NCBI GenBank assembly: GCA_016748015.1
Contig: JAAOMT010000086.1
Span: forward strand, 12,983 to 76,982
Length of the DNA: 64,000 nucleotides
Direction of reading: 5' to 3'
DNA from: Geosiphon pyriformis uo1
Lineage: Eukaryota > Fungi > Glomeromycota
Below are positions 52,792-64,000 of this stretch, piece by piece. Made by a program: the position numbers and the translations under genes. The notes below the pieces were generated by a model. It did no database searches, had not been told where the DNA came from, and was given only the letters and a program-made list of their open reading frames with translations. The stretch's first letter is position 1, and every line of letters begins with the position of its first letter.

Positions 52792-54284
52792 ATGGCACCT
52801 CAGCAATTCTTTCAGGCTTTATCCGATGATTTTGGAAATTTACTGGATAGCCAGAATTTTTTTGATGTTAGAATTGTTATTGGAGAAGCGCCTAATATTA
52901 GAATTTTTCATGCTCATTCACCAATTTTAGCAGCAAGATCTCCATATTTTGCTGTAGTACTCTCTAGTAATGAGCTTAAAAGAGAAAATAATGCCATTAT
53001 CTTCGCTAAACCTAATATTTCACCCAAAATTTTTGAAATAATTCTCAGGTAAAGATTTTCATTTGCTTTAATGTATTTTTGCCAACATAAATTTATATGT
53101 TTTATTTTCCTGCACAGATATATTTATAATGGCAAGATTTCTCTTGATAAACATGGAGTACTTACCATTTTAGAATTGCTTGCTACTACTGATGAGCTTA
53201 TTCTAGAAAACTTTATTGAACCCCTTGAAGACTATTTGATTGAACACCATGCAAAAAATCTTGAAGAAAATTTTGCTACTTTGCAGAAAACTTCATTTAT
53301 GCATAATTCTTTCAAAAAGTTAAAAAATTTCTGCACTGAAATAGCTGTTAACAATCCAGCTATAGTTTTCAACTCGCAAGATTTCACATCTCTTAGTGAA
53401 AATACACTTTTCTCAATTTTAAGCTGAAATGACCTAAATATGGAAGAATCTGAACTATGGGAAAAGATTGTAGAATGAGGAGTTGCTAAATTAGATAAAA
53501 ATACTCAGGTAAAAAAAGTTCTTGACTGGGCAGATGACAACTTTAACACCTTTAAGGAATCAATTGAAAGACTTTTACTTTTAATCTGGTTCTTTCACAT
53601 ATTTTCAGTTGACTTCTATCACAAAGTAAAACCATTTGCGAGAATTTTACCTGGAACTTTATATGAAGATCTTTTACATCATTATCTCGTACCAGGTAGT
53701 CATCAAAAATCTGTAGACACTTAGCCATTATGATCAAATCTTGATTCAGTGCTTCTTTAACCACATAATATAAAACAGCTTGATCATTGAATTCAAGGAA
53801 AAGACAAAAATACTCCTTTTGAAGATCAACTAGAAAATCATTTTCAATTGTTACTTCGAAACAGTCGAGACAGATTTGCTCCAGCCAATTTTCATCGATT
53901 ATGTGATTATAAAAGAGCAACAATTAGTGTAATCAAAGTGAAAGAAAGTGGTCAGATAATTGGGGGCTTTAACTTACAATCTTGGCACTTTCTGGAACAG
54001 CGGATAGATGGAAAAAGAAGTTTTATTTTTTCTTTTGGAGATGACAAAGCTGAAAATGCTATACTTAGCAAATTTGTTACAGAAAATGGGCCATATGGTA
54101 GGCCAGGTTGAGGACCCTATTTTGGAGATGGCAATATTGAATTGACTGGTAATGACTTTAGAAGTGGTCATGGGTGCTATTGTAGAATGAGAACAGAATA
54201 GAGCATGCTCTAATGCCTGGATCGAAAAATCAAAAGAAATTTTTTTCCGAGGAGTATGAAGTTTTTCAAATCATAAAAAGATAA
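52792..54284 (+). pseudogene. BTB/POZ-BACK-TLDc protein pseudogene
   Basis: FHAHSPILAARSPYF (BTB), GT-AG intron 53049-53117, BACK region, TLDc (FHRLCD, IIGGFN, SFIFSF, EYEVFQI*). Several in-frame stops from 53425 onward. Confidence 0.92.
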
Positions 54285-55169
54285 AATTAGTTAGATTAAT
54301 ATAATCAAATTAAGTTTATTATTTTTCATTAAATCTAACATAAATTTTTATTAAATATTATTTCAAGAATTTTATAGTCACTATATTCTCAGTAGATATT
54401 ATTTCAGAATGTCTTTTCTTGAAAGAAATTACAGAGAAATTTTAAACAAGATAAAGCATTATTTACATATAATTATTTAAACAAAAGCTCTTTTAGCTTT
54501 ATGATATATTTTATTGTAGGTGAAAATTGTAGAATTTTTGAATTTTCATAATTAGGTAAGAAGCACTAAAAATAAAACTTATATAAGATATAGCCTTGAA
54601 ATGGATATTTTTGCTTGATTATAGTTAACAGCTATGTAATAAACGTAATTTTAGATTAAAGTGAAAATTAGAAATGAGTAATTTAATCTTCATTGATAAT
54701 GGCAACAAAAAATAAAACTCTAGCAAAAAAAATTAAATTTCTTTTAAGTGTTGATATTTTTATTAAATTTCAAAATTTAAATTACTACTAAAATTTTATA
54801 AATATCAATCATTCAAGTAATCAATAATTCATAAAAAAAATTATATTTTTGAATTAATATTTAAATTTTACAAAAATAATATTAATTAAAGCAACGAAAA
54901 TTATCAATATTATCATAAATTACAAGAATTTGATTTTTGTATTTTCTTCAACAATTTTTACATTAAAAGTTTTTTGTCTTATTATTTTACAATTTTTGAA
55001 ATTTGGTATTTATTAATTAAAATAAAGCTGTAAAATTTTTAAATCTTAAATTTGTTGTTTAAATTTTAAGAGCATTAATTAAAACACAAATTATAACAAA
55101 CTATTTCTTTATTTTTTGATTTTTCTAAAAATATTAGGAACTGTAATTTTAAAACTGCTCACATTAAGA

Positions 55170-55850
55170 TATGTTTCTTACACATTCAATTTACTTTATT
55201 CTTTCATGAAATTGATAAACGATTGTCTTGTCAAAAAGATCTTTATTCTTATTATAGTTACAATTATCGGCTTAATCTAATATTCTACCATGGAAGTGCA
55301 AATAATCCTTGTTTTTGGTGTAGACCATTATTTGGAAGATTCACCACAATATCATTTTTGTAAATAACTCAAGCATGTATAAGTGTGGCTTCATCCAAAG
55401 CTCGAGAAAAATGTCAATTCTTTAATTCTTGGATGGCCATAAGTAAATAGCTATAAAGAAATATGCGGTGTTCATTTAAATTGATAAAATTCATGAACAG
55501 CAAATGCTGTATAGACTACAAGATTAAAAAAAAGTAATTTTGAGCTTGAAAAGAATATTTAAAATCATTAAAATAATAATATATTGCCAGTACACATACT
55601 TTGTACCACAAAAGTTACTATGGCAATTGCATTGAATCTTTGTTTTTCTATTTCTTCTAAGATACTTGAAAAATGATAATGAAAACACCAGTATTGATTC
55701 CAAAAATATTTTATTACTTTTGCTTTTGCATATAATAAATATTCCACTATTCTTCTAGAGAATGTAGTTATCTATTCAGATGGTAATAAGAGATTGCCAT
55801 AAAAATAAAAATTTTGTTTATAAAAACATTCAATCCCATTTGATGCTAAA
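55170..55850 (-). pseudogene. Class 3 lipase-like pseudogene
   Basis: VTFVVQSM (from GHS), LFTYGHPRI, *VIYKNDIVVNLP and EY*I motifs; frameshifted. Confidence 0.62.
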
Positions 55851-57434
55851 TAAATAAATACAATTTAGAACTTTGTCTATAGAAAAAACTTGAATTCTAT
55901 TTAAGTCAAAAACCAAAATAGTAATTAATAATAAAAAATCTATGTGATTTCTAATATTTATATGTTAAAATATCTATAATGAATCTTCTAAAAAAAAAGC
56001 TAATTTGGCATACAAGACATATTTTTAAAGAAGTTTTTAGTATTAAATATTACATTACTTTTCACAAAATCTAATTTTTACATTCATATTTTAATTTTAT
56101 TCATACTCTTCGAGATCCAAAAACAATCACAGAAATCTTAAATACTTTAAGAAATTTTGCAGTTTTATTGAAATATGTTGAAAAATCTTATAGATTCTTT
56201 TATATTTAACATGTTATCAAACTAATTAATATTCGAGATATTGTAACAATTAAATATAGATCTGGGGCCAGTTTGTATTCAACAATATTTTTTTTATTTA
56301 ACTTTTGAAATTCAATGAAATTTTTCTCGAATCCACACAATAATCTATGTCATCTTAAAAGTCCTGGAATTAATTATCTTCTATTAGGTCTTCAATCCCA
56401 AATTGAAATCATAAGAAATTAGGAGTTTGCACAATATGTGAACTACTTTTATACACATAATATTTAAGTAGTCTTTAAACACAAAAAACATATTGCTTCT
56501 TGCCATAATAAAAATTATAAAGCTTAAATAACATTTCTTTGGAATTGATTAAGTAGATTATATTATTTATAAGAATTATTCTACTGAAATAAAAGTAATT
56601 TATAATAGAGAAAGCATGTAAAACATGCAAAATATTTAGATTTATTTATATTTTAGAATACTTGAACTTAATCAAAAAGTTTCTATCTAGGAAAGTAAGG
56701 TCCTTTAAAATTTTGAAAAGATGTATCGATTTGTATCCACCATAAAAAGAATTGATATAACATGAATAGAAATTTGAATACATTCTACATAAATTTTATT
56801 TAAAAACTTTTGTTTGTTTTAAGTACTGCTAGAATTGTGAGAAAAAACTTAATAATTCTTTTAATTGATTTACTTAATTTAATATTCATAGATTCTGTTT
56901 TTTGTTAACAAAACTCAGAAGAAACTTTTTTTATATAAATAAAAAAATGAATTTATTAGCTTATCTAAAAGTGCTGTTCATTAAAAATCAGTTCTCATAT
57001 AGATAAAACAATTATTAAAATATTATTGTATCAAAAGTATTTTTCTGGTACAAATATTAATTTTACTTTCTTAACTATTTTATAAGTAAATTACATGTTT
57101 CTTTCAAAAAAAAGAAAAGTTTATTAAAGTATGCTGAAAACGAGTTATAGCAGCAATCATTAATTATTTAAATCTAAAAAATAAATAAAACAATAATAAT
57201 TACATTATATTGTACTAGTTTGTATTAAAAGTATATTCAATTAATTTTATTCTAAACAATTTTAATTAATGTTAATATGAAAATTCAATCTTTATAAAGT
57301 AAATTAAAATTTTTTATATTTAAATATTCTATGGCCTAGCCCTTTTAGAAACATAATTTTTGACAAAATTATAAATTGAACTAATATTTAAAAGCAATAT
57401 CCTTCTTTTTTTTCTTATGGAACTTAATAATTTC

Positions 57435-57845
57435 TTGAAAATCATGTTTACAACTCCATTAATTGAAAACCAAACTTAGCTTTTTGACTTGATTTAAGAA
57501 GAATTTTTTAGAATTCTCATTCATCAAAAGTTGCTGAATTGTTAAAAAACACAAACAGAAAACACTTAAAAATTATTTGAATAAAAGTTCAAAGTATTTA
57601 ATAGACCATGTTTTGTTTAGCTTTTCTTTAGAACATGAATTAAATTTTTGCCAAGCTGATAAAAGCATTTTTAGAATTTGAAAAATCAGTGAATGCAAAA
57701 GATTCTTTTAGATAATTCTTTTTAAGTCATTGTTATAGTAATAGAACTCTATTCAAAAGCACCAAAAGCAGAAAATACGTGTGCATAATATGGCTTTGGA
57801 TGGTGTTATCAAATAAATAGGAACAGCAAAAAATTAGCTTTGAGG
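57435..57845 (+). pseudogene. Sel1-repeat gene remnant, paralogue of 47918-48385
   Basis: LIENQT, SKVAEL, YLIDHVLFSFSLEHE and KDSFR*FFLSHCYSN match LIENSI, SKVVNI, CLIDNILLSFCLEHE and ENSFGQFFLGYCYNN. Confidence 0.75.
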
Positions 57846-59011
57846 TATTGAAAAATATTTCTACTACAAAATAGAATAAAATTTTAACATATTTTTACTT
57901 TTAATCACTTCATTCAAGAATTATGTCTGATTGCCTCAGTTGAAAATTACTTCAAATTGGTTTACTTAATTTTTATTAAGATTATTTATTTTTGATGAAG
58001 CCAGTCAAAAATGAATTCTTGAAAATCATTTTTACAAAAATTATTCAATTGATTAAGTTTTATAAAATTTTATAAAGTTAATAACTAATCGAGAGCTTTA
58101 CTTCTAAAATGAAACTCGTTTTTTTTGCTTTTACCATACTGTGCATCATCATCATCATCATCACATCATCAACAACATCCTAATGATCACTGTTTGTTTG
58201 TAACCATTAATTTAATGCAAGAACTAAGGCACAGTTCAAAAGGGCACTTTTATTCAAAAAACCTAAACTCAATTTCTCTTAATTTAGAATAATTGAGTCA
58301 GTTTAAAAGTAAAGCTTTGATATAGTTTGTATTTTAGTTTTCCTTCCAACTCTAACGAATTTTTAATTTTAAAGACTTATCTTCATCACGTCCCACCACA
58401 TCATGTACACAAAGGAAAATCCAGTTTTTTTTCATATTCGTCCAGTCGATATCGAAATAAACTAGATTAAAACCTGATAATACATGCTGGTCTCTAACCT
58501 AAACAAGAAGTTATATTGAAACATATATATTTTAAATCAAAGTTGTTTCCTGCCGAGGATATTCAATAATTGAGTGAGTGATATAAAGAAGTATAATAAT
58601 AATAACAAGTTTTGATTATTCAAAGTTTTAACGGTATAATCCTTTTTGAAAGATTACAAAAATTACCCAATTAAATTGGTATCTTGAGCTTTCACAAATT
58701 CCATTTACTGACCTATTTAATGGCATCATCATTTTTGAAAAAGGACTAAAATTACCAGTGTTCCCTTAAATTAATACTTTGACATTTCACAAATTCCCTT
58801 TATTAACCGATGATACATTGTTGTATGGCACAAGAGCTACAATTTAAGTTGCAAGAGAATCTTTGTGAAAGGCAATACGATTTAACTTTAAATAGATATT
58901 GCATCGAAATCAGTCAAACCTAGCTCTAATAATAATTTTAATAGCTTATATATAATTTTTTCGCTATAAAAGGGAAGCTTTTTAACAATCAAAAAAAGCC
59001 TCAACTTTTCT

Positions 59012-59038
59012 GAAGAAGAAGAAGAAGAAGAAGAAGAA
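59012..59038. repeat. (GAA)9 microsatellite
   Basis: Directly visible. Confidence 0.9.
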
Positions 59039-60404
59039 AAAGCTAAAAACATCTAGTTACTTTTTCTTCAAATTAAAAATATTCTTTAAACACAAATTTT
59101 TATTCAACCCCTCAATATTTATTTTCCAATTTTCACAAGTAAAATATTAGATCAAGAAATTTATCAAAATTTAACCATTACAAATTCCTCTAATGACAGA
59201 GCTGAATTGTACAAAATTGTGACTAAAAACATTTTTCAGACTACACATATAACCCAAAAAAAAGCAACCAAATTTAGTATCTTTTTCAGAAAATGAATAT
59301 TTTTCTCGCCAAAGAGTGCACCCATACATTCTAACAAGTATCAAAATGGCCAAGATTAAGCATTTTCAACACTTTTAAAAAAGTTTATTGTTCAAAATTT
59401 TTTTGCACAAAATCCGACTTTGAATTCCATTTCCGGATTTTAACCTTTGTAATTCGTTTTCTAAATCAATTGAATTCAAAAAAAAACAATCCTACTTGAT
59501 TCAATATCAAATTTGGAACCAAACTCAATTCCTGATTTACAAGGGTTCAACCAATCAATGGAGGAAGCTCGTATGATCGTGAAATTTGTCGGTTGTTTGA
59601 CGCTCCTTAATTTGATAAACAAATTAAAAATTAAGATTTCGATATATTCATTATTTTTATTAAGATAGTTAGTCTTCCCAATTATTAATATATTTTGTTT
59701 CATTTTCATCACTTTCATCAATAATACAATCAATCATCTTTTATATTATGATTATTTTCATAATTATTAAAAGATGAATCATTTATTTTGCTTTCTTGTT
59801 GAAAATGTAATTTCAATAGTATTATTAATACTATTAGATTGTATATGCGAAAAATTGAGAAGTAATTTTTCCTCTAATTCATGCATTTTATTTAACTTTA
59901 AATTAATAGAATTTCAATTTCATTCCAAGCTTTTTTCACCCATTCCCGGGTACTATAGGTAGTACTCTACGTTAATAAATAAAAAAATTATCAACTTAAT
60001 AAATTTTATCAACTAATAAATTTTATTATTTAATTTAAAAGTTATATATATAGATATATAGAGTCTGTATTAAACTGAAAAACGATAAAAATAAATTTAA
60101 AAAAATTAGGAAAAGAATTAATAAAACTAAAATTAATTAAATATAATTTGTAATTTTTTATTATTTTTGTATAAGAAAGCCGGATTCATATATAAAAAAT
60201 AAAAAGATTTTAATAAATTGAATTATTAAAGTATTTATACCTATGAATTTAAAAATCTAATTAAATAAAAAGTTTTGATGTCTAATATTTATTTCTTGAA
60301 TTTAGTTTGTTTTATTTGATTAAACTTTCTTTACTTTAATAATGACAAAGAAATTAATTAAAATTAATTTTTGAAAAACTTTACCGTGACTTTTTAAGCG
60401 ACAA

Positions 60405-60625
60405 TAAAGTAATTGATGAAATAATTCAGAATCCAATCTATATTCCACTTAATAATGAAATATTTATTATAATTGTAGTTTAAATCACTACTCTTGGATT
60501 CCATGGGAACGTTTATCGAATTCAACGAAATTGCTAAAGGGGGTCTCGGTATAATTTATAAAGCAACCCTAATTGATGGATTAATTAATAAATATTCTAT
60601 AAAGCATCATGTTTCAATAGAATAT
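60405..60625 (+). pseudogene. N-terminal fragment of a TKL-type kinase
   Basis: KVIDEIIQNPI, WIPWERL, EIAKGGLGIIYKATLIDG (Gly-rich loop) with frameshifts; ends at the GAA tract. Confidence 0.75.
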
Positions 60626-60634
60626 GAAAGATAT

Positions 60635-60635
<1 letters not shown>

Positions 60636-60665
<30 letters not shown>

Positions 60666-60923
60666 AAGAAGAAGAAGAAGAAGAAGAAGAAGAAGAAGAA
60701 GAAGAAGAAGAAGAAGAAGAAGAAGAAGAAGAAGAAGAAGAAGAAGAAGAAGAAGAAGAAGAAGAAGAAGAAGAAGAAGAAGAAGAAGAAGAAGAAGAAG
60801 AAGAAGAAGAAGAAAAGAAGAAGAAGAAGAAGAAGAAGAAGAAGAAGAAGAAGAAGAAGAAGAAGAAGAAGAAGAAGAAGAAGAAGAAGAAGAAGAAGAA
60901 GAAGAAGAATAATAATAATAATA
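60636..60923. repeat. (GAA)~90 microsatellite with one interruption, then (AAT)5
   Basis: Directly visible; phase slip at ~60813. Confidence 0.99.
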
Positions 60924-61130
60924 AGAGATGAAAGTAGCAATAAAAATCATAAGAAACAGCTCAAAAATGTTTAAAGAGATAAAAAAAAATTGAATATTCA
61001 AATGATTTATAATTTTTTTGCTTAATTTTATTTAAAATATTTTTGGTTTTAATATAGTTTATTTTTATGACTATCGATAATTAAGAAATAAGCTATTTTA
61101 ATAATAATTTCATAAGTTAATTCTAATAAG

Positions 61131-61135
61131 TAATA

Positions 61136-61166
<31 letters not shown>
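61131..61166. repeat. (AAT)n microsatellite
   Basis: Directly visible. Confidence 0.9.
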
Positions 61167-61169
<3 letters not shown>

Positions 61170-61582
61170 TTTCAATATTATACTTGTCATTTTTAAAAGT
61201 GAAAACTTTTTTAATAATATAATTTAATTTTTATTTAAAAAAAATAAAATTGCACAATAATAATAATTTTTAATATATATAAATTTTGAATTTAAAACAC
61301 TATTTTTATACTTCATAAGCTCCAATATATAATCAAAAATTAAATTATTATTTTTTACAAAAATGAGACAGTTTTTATTATTATTGTTATTATTGTTATT
61401 TATTTATTTAATTATTATTTCAATATTTTCAAATTATTTATTATCAAGAGTTTTTATTATATTTAATTGATTTAAAAAACTTATAGATATTACTATAAAT
61501 ATTACAAATTACTTTCGGTTGTATTTGAAGTTCTTTTTAGATCCAAATGTAAAAGCGCAACCAGTATGGACAATTAATAATT

Positions 61583-61596
61583 ACAACAACAACAAC

Positions 61597-61641
<45 letters not shown>
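61583..61641. repeat. Compound (AAC)n(AAT)n microsatellite
   Basis: Directly visible. Confidence 0.9.
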
Positions 61642-61985
61642 CTTGTGTATTTTGATTTTTCAAAATTTTCTAATAAAAAATGTACAGCATATTTTTTCTT
61701 ATAGTAAGTTATAAAAAAAGAAATAATTAATCTTTAAAAACTTTAAAATATTAACATTTACCTGTTTTAAATTTATCACATGTTTCTATAAATTTTCTTA
61801 ATGGTATCATTATGGTATGCATCTTTTACCAAATTATTATTAAGAAAAGTAAAATAATTTCTACCTCATTTATTAAATATACTTCCAATTTAACACATAT
61901 AGTTTTATTATCTGCTTACACACGAAAATCTTGTGACTCTGCAGAAATACTTTGCATCAAAATCAGTTTTAGTTTCATTATTTTT

Positions 61986-62002
61986 GATAGATAGATAGAT
62001 AA

Positions 62003-62055
<53 letters not shown>

Positions 62056-62065
62056 AAGAAAGAAA
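61986..62065. repeat. (GATA)n then (GAAA)n microsatellite
   Basis: Directly visible. Confidence 0.95.
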
Positions 62066-62439
62066 TACAATGGCTCACAAAAGTCCATTGTACCATTTAA
62101 AAAAATTTAGATATCATGTTGGAGATTGAGGATAAAGAAATAAATTTATTAAATCTTTGTCAAGATCGATTTTGTACAATGTAAAGCAGACTTTTTTTCT
62201 ATCTCTTAGAACCGTTAAATGATTTATATATAGTGACGAATATGGCATTTATTCTACTTATTTCACGAATATGCATGCAGATATGGTTACCACCTTGCTG
62301 TTGAACATTCTTTGTATAGAAATAAGACAAACAATCTTTCATTCATCACGTTTAATTAAAAGTCAGATCTGTGTTTATCTGTGAAATTAATAGTTTCATA
62401 TTTAAATTTTTTAATATAGACTTTATGAAAAACTTTTGG

Positions 62440-62719
62440 GGTAAAATATTCTTCAAAAAGTGGACGGAAAATAAAATTATGACTATTAACTGATCGGCGA
62501 ATTGGCCAAACCTGAATCCAAATGTGAACATTTGGAAGCTATTGAATGACAATATCCCAAAAACATTAACTCAATTTCAAGTTCGACCACAGACTTCGAA
62601 AAGACTTCAAGTAGGAATGGGAGAAATTCGATACCTCTGTTCTCGAGGAAGTTATTGCCTCAATGCCAAGGAAGATTAAGGCATTATTAGAGTCAAATGG
62701 AGAGCCGGCAAAATATTAG
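62440..62719 (+). mobile_element. Tc1-type (DDE_3) transposase C-terminal remnant
   Basis: N*SANWPNLNPNVNIWKLL (cf. WPAQSPDLNPIENVW) and EWEKFDTSVLEEVIASMPRKIKALLESNGEPAKY*. Possible TIR near 62915-62945. Confidence 0.82.
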
Positions 62720-63462
62720 TTTGACCAAAGTTTTTATTTGGTGTATAAAAAATTAAGTAAATCGGGAAAGTATCAGAATTTTTAGGGTTACAATAAGAAA
62801 GAGCAGAGTTTAAGAACCTAAATACATATATCTATTTTATAAGAGTTTTTCGTAATACCAAATATTTTACCGAATATAATTGGCTATTTATTAACTATAG
62901 CGCTTTTGAATATTCATTTATTCATTTTTGGGTTGGTAGTACATAAATTAATTTAAAACTATTTTGACAAGTGATCGTACAAAATCACTATTTGAACTTT
63001 GTTGTAATTTTTAAAAGGATACCAATACCTTAGAAGTTAAGCTAATATTTCATTCAAATGTGTTTAAACTTATTGCATTTTAAACTTATTCATTTATAAA
63101 AAACTTACTTAGTGCGTGACCATTTTCTTAATGCATCACATACATTATTATGTGTTACATACAATCCATGAAAGTTAAATAGAATTGGAGATGGTTAGCA
63201 AAAATTGTCTAATTTAGGCTTTCAAAATGTGTTTACACCTAAATAACATTGATAAGGAAACGCTTTATAACAATAACCTTCATAAATAAAGGTAAAAATG
63301 AACTAATTATGATAGTCTATACTATATTTTAAATATAAATAAAGAACCAATTCCTATTCCAAATTAAATATCATTAAAATGCTTATTGATTTTCGTCGAT
63401 TTAAACAGAATTTTGAATTCATCAATTGCGTACATACCATGCATTAATTTATCATTGCTAAC

Positions 63463-64000
63463 TTAACTAAAAGCCAAATCCAACTCTGAAAAAAAGGCCT
63501 TTATTGTTAAAAAACTCCTAAAGATTAAATAATAATAAATGAAAGGCTTACCATTTTGAGAAATTGAAAGGCTTGCAATTTTTTGACTCTTATCATGCTT
63601 AGCACCTTGTATGGTTTTGTAATTAAGTCTTTTTCTAACGATAAATTCATTTAAGTTACAGTTGTCGCGAGCAGCAATAATTCTTTTTTGAAGTTCTTCT
63701 GCACTATCACGGCAATGCGGTTTATCATCCCAATTTTTTTCAATCATTTCCTGAATACATTGAGGTGTATGCTTTTGGATTGGGAGGCGTTTTCCCTGAA
63801 TTTTATATAATTGAATGGACATAGGATCTACAATATGATTCCACGGTCTTTCTCCTGCAATAATTTCCCAGGAAATGATGGCACAACTATAAATGTCGCT
63901 GTATTTGGTATGCTTGGTATGAGGCGATAAGTTACAAATTTCAGGCGCTAGGTATCGAACAACACCAAAAATTTTGCCAGGCTGTGGAGAGTAATTGGCA
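63463..64000 (-). CDS. 3' end of a TKL-type protein kinase gene (continues beyond window)
   Basis: Open frame IFGVVRYLAPEI, YSDIYSCAIISWEIIAGERPW, WDDKPHCR. Probable GT-AG intron 63551-63486. No stops and CpGs retained. Confidence 0.88.
   Translation of the reverse strand, partial: ANYSPQPGKIFGVVRYLAPEICNLSPHTKHTKYSDIYSCAIISWEIIAGERPWNHIVDPMSIQLYKIQGKRLPIQKHTPQCIQEMIEKNWDDKPHCRDSAEELQKRIIAARDNCNLNEFIVRKRLNYKTIQGAKHDKSQKIASLSISQNGKPFIYYYLIFRSFLTIKAFFSELDLAFS

Noticed and set aside
52792-54284. UGA=Trp recoding (Mollicutes-type code or endosymbiont transfer)
   Set aside because: TGA also replaces likely Arg codons, TAA and TAG stops occur, and a spliceosomal intron is present. Transition damage explains it.
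59171-59962. Short ORFs of 60-85 aa
   Set aside because: No motifs or other support; probably chance ORFs.
59940-60075. MITE-like end with short AATAAATTTTAT repeats
   Set aside because: No paired TIR or TSD found, and it is compatible with AT-rich background.
60597-61001. Poly-K/R, poly-L/S and poly-F ORFs
   Set aside because: They are translations of the (GAA)n microsatellite.

Overview
This is AT-rich eukaryotic DNA with spliceosomal introns. The gene families (TKL kinase/Sel1, BTB-BACK-TLDc, class-3 lipase) and the repeats point to a Glomeromycota fungus; Geosiphon/Archaeosporales-like is my recollection and is not verified. Positions 1-45.3 kb are a nest of six decayed Ty3/Gypsy LTR retrotransposons (A-F), a solo LTR, an LTR fragment, a LINE RT fragment and a Tc1/IS630-like transposase fragment. 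Positions 45.8-58 kb hold pseudogenised host-family genes and a pogo-like transposon carrying a 57-bp tandem array. Positions 58-64 kb hold microsatellites, a Tc1 remnant and the 3' end of an apparently intact kinase gene. The main candidate for an undescribed system is the retroelement lineage itself, with the order Gag(CCHC)-protease-Cys-rich multi-zinc module-dUTPase-spacer-RT-RNaseH-integrase. It also has a conserved non-Env ORF3 between integrase and the PPT, a conserved nucleotide motif before the PPT, and a U5 hairpin whose arm is complementary to the PBS (possible self-priming or PBS occlusion). All copies are damaged by pervasive C>T/G>A transitions, including in non-CpG contexts. Domain coordinates inside decayed elements were read by eye and are approximate.
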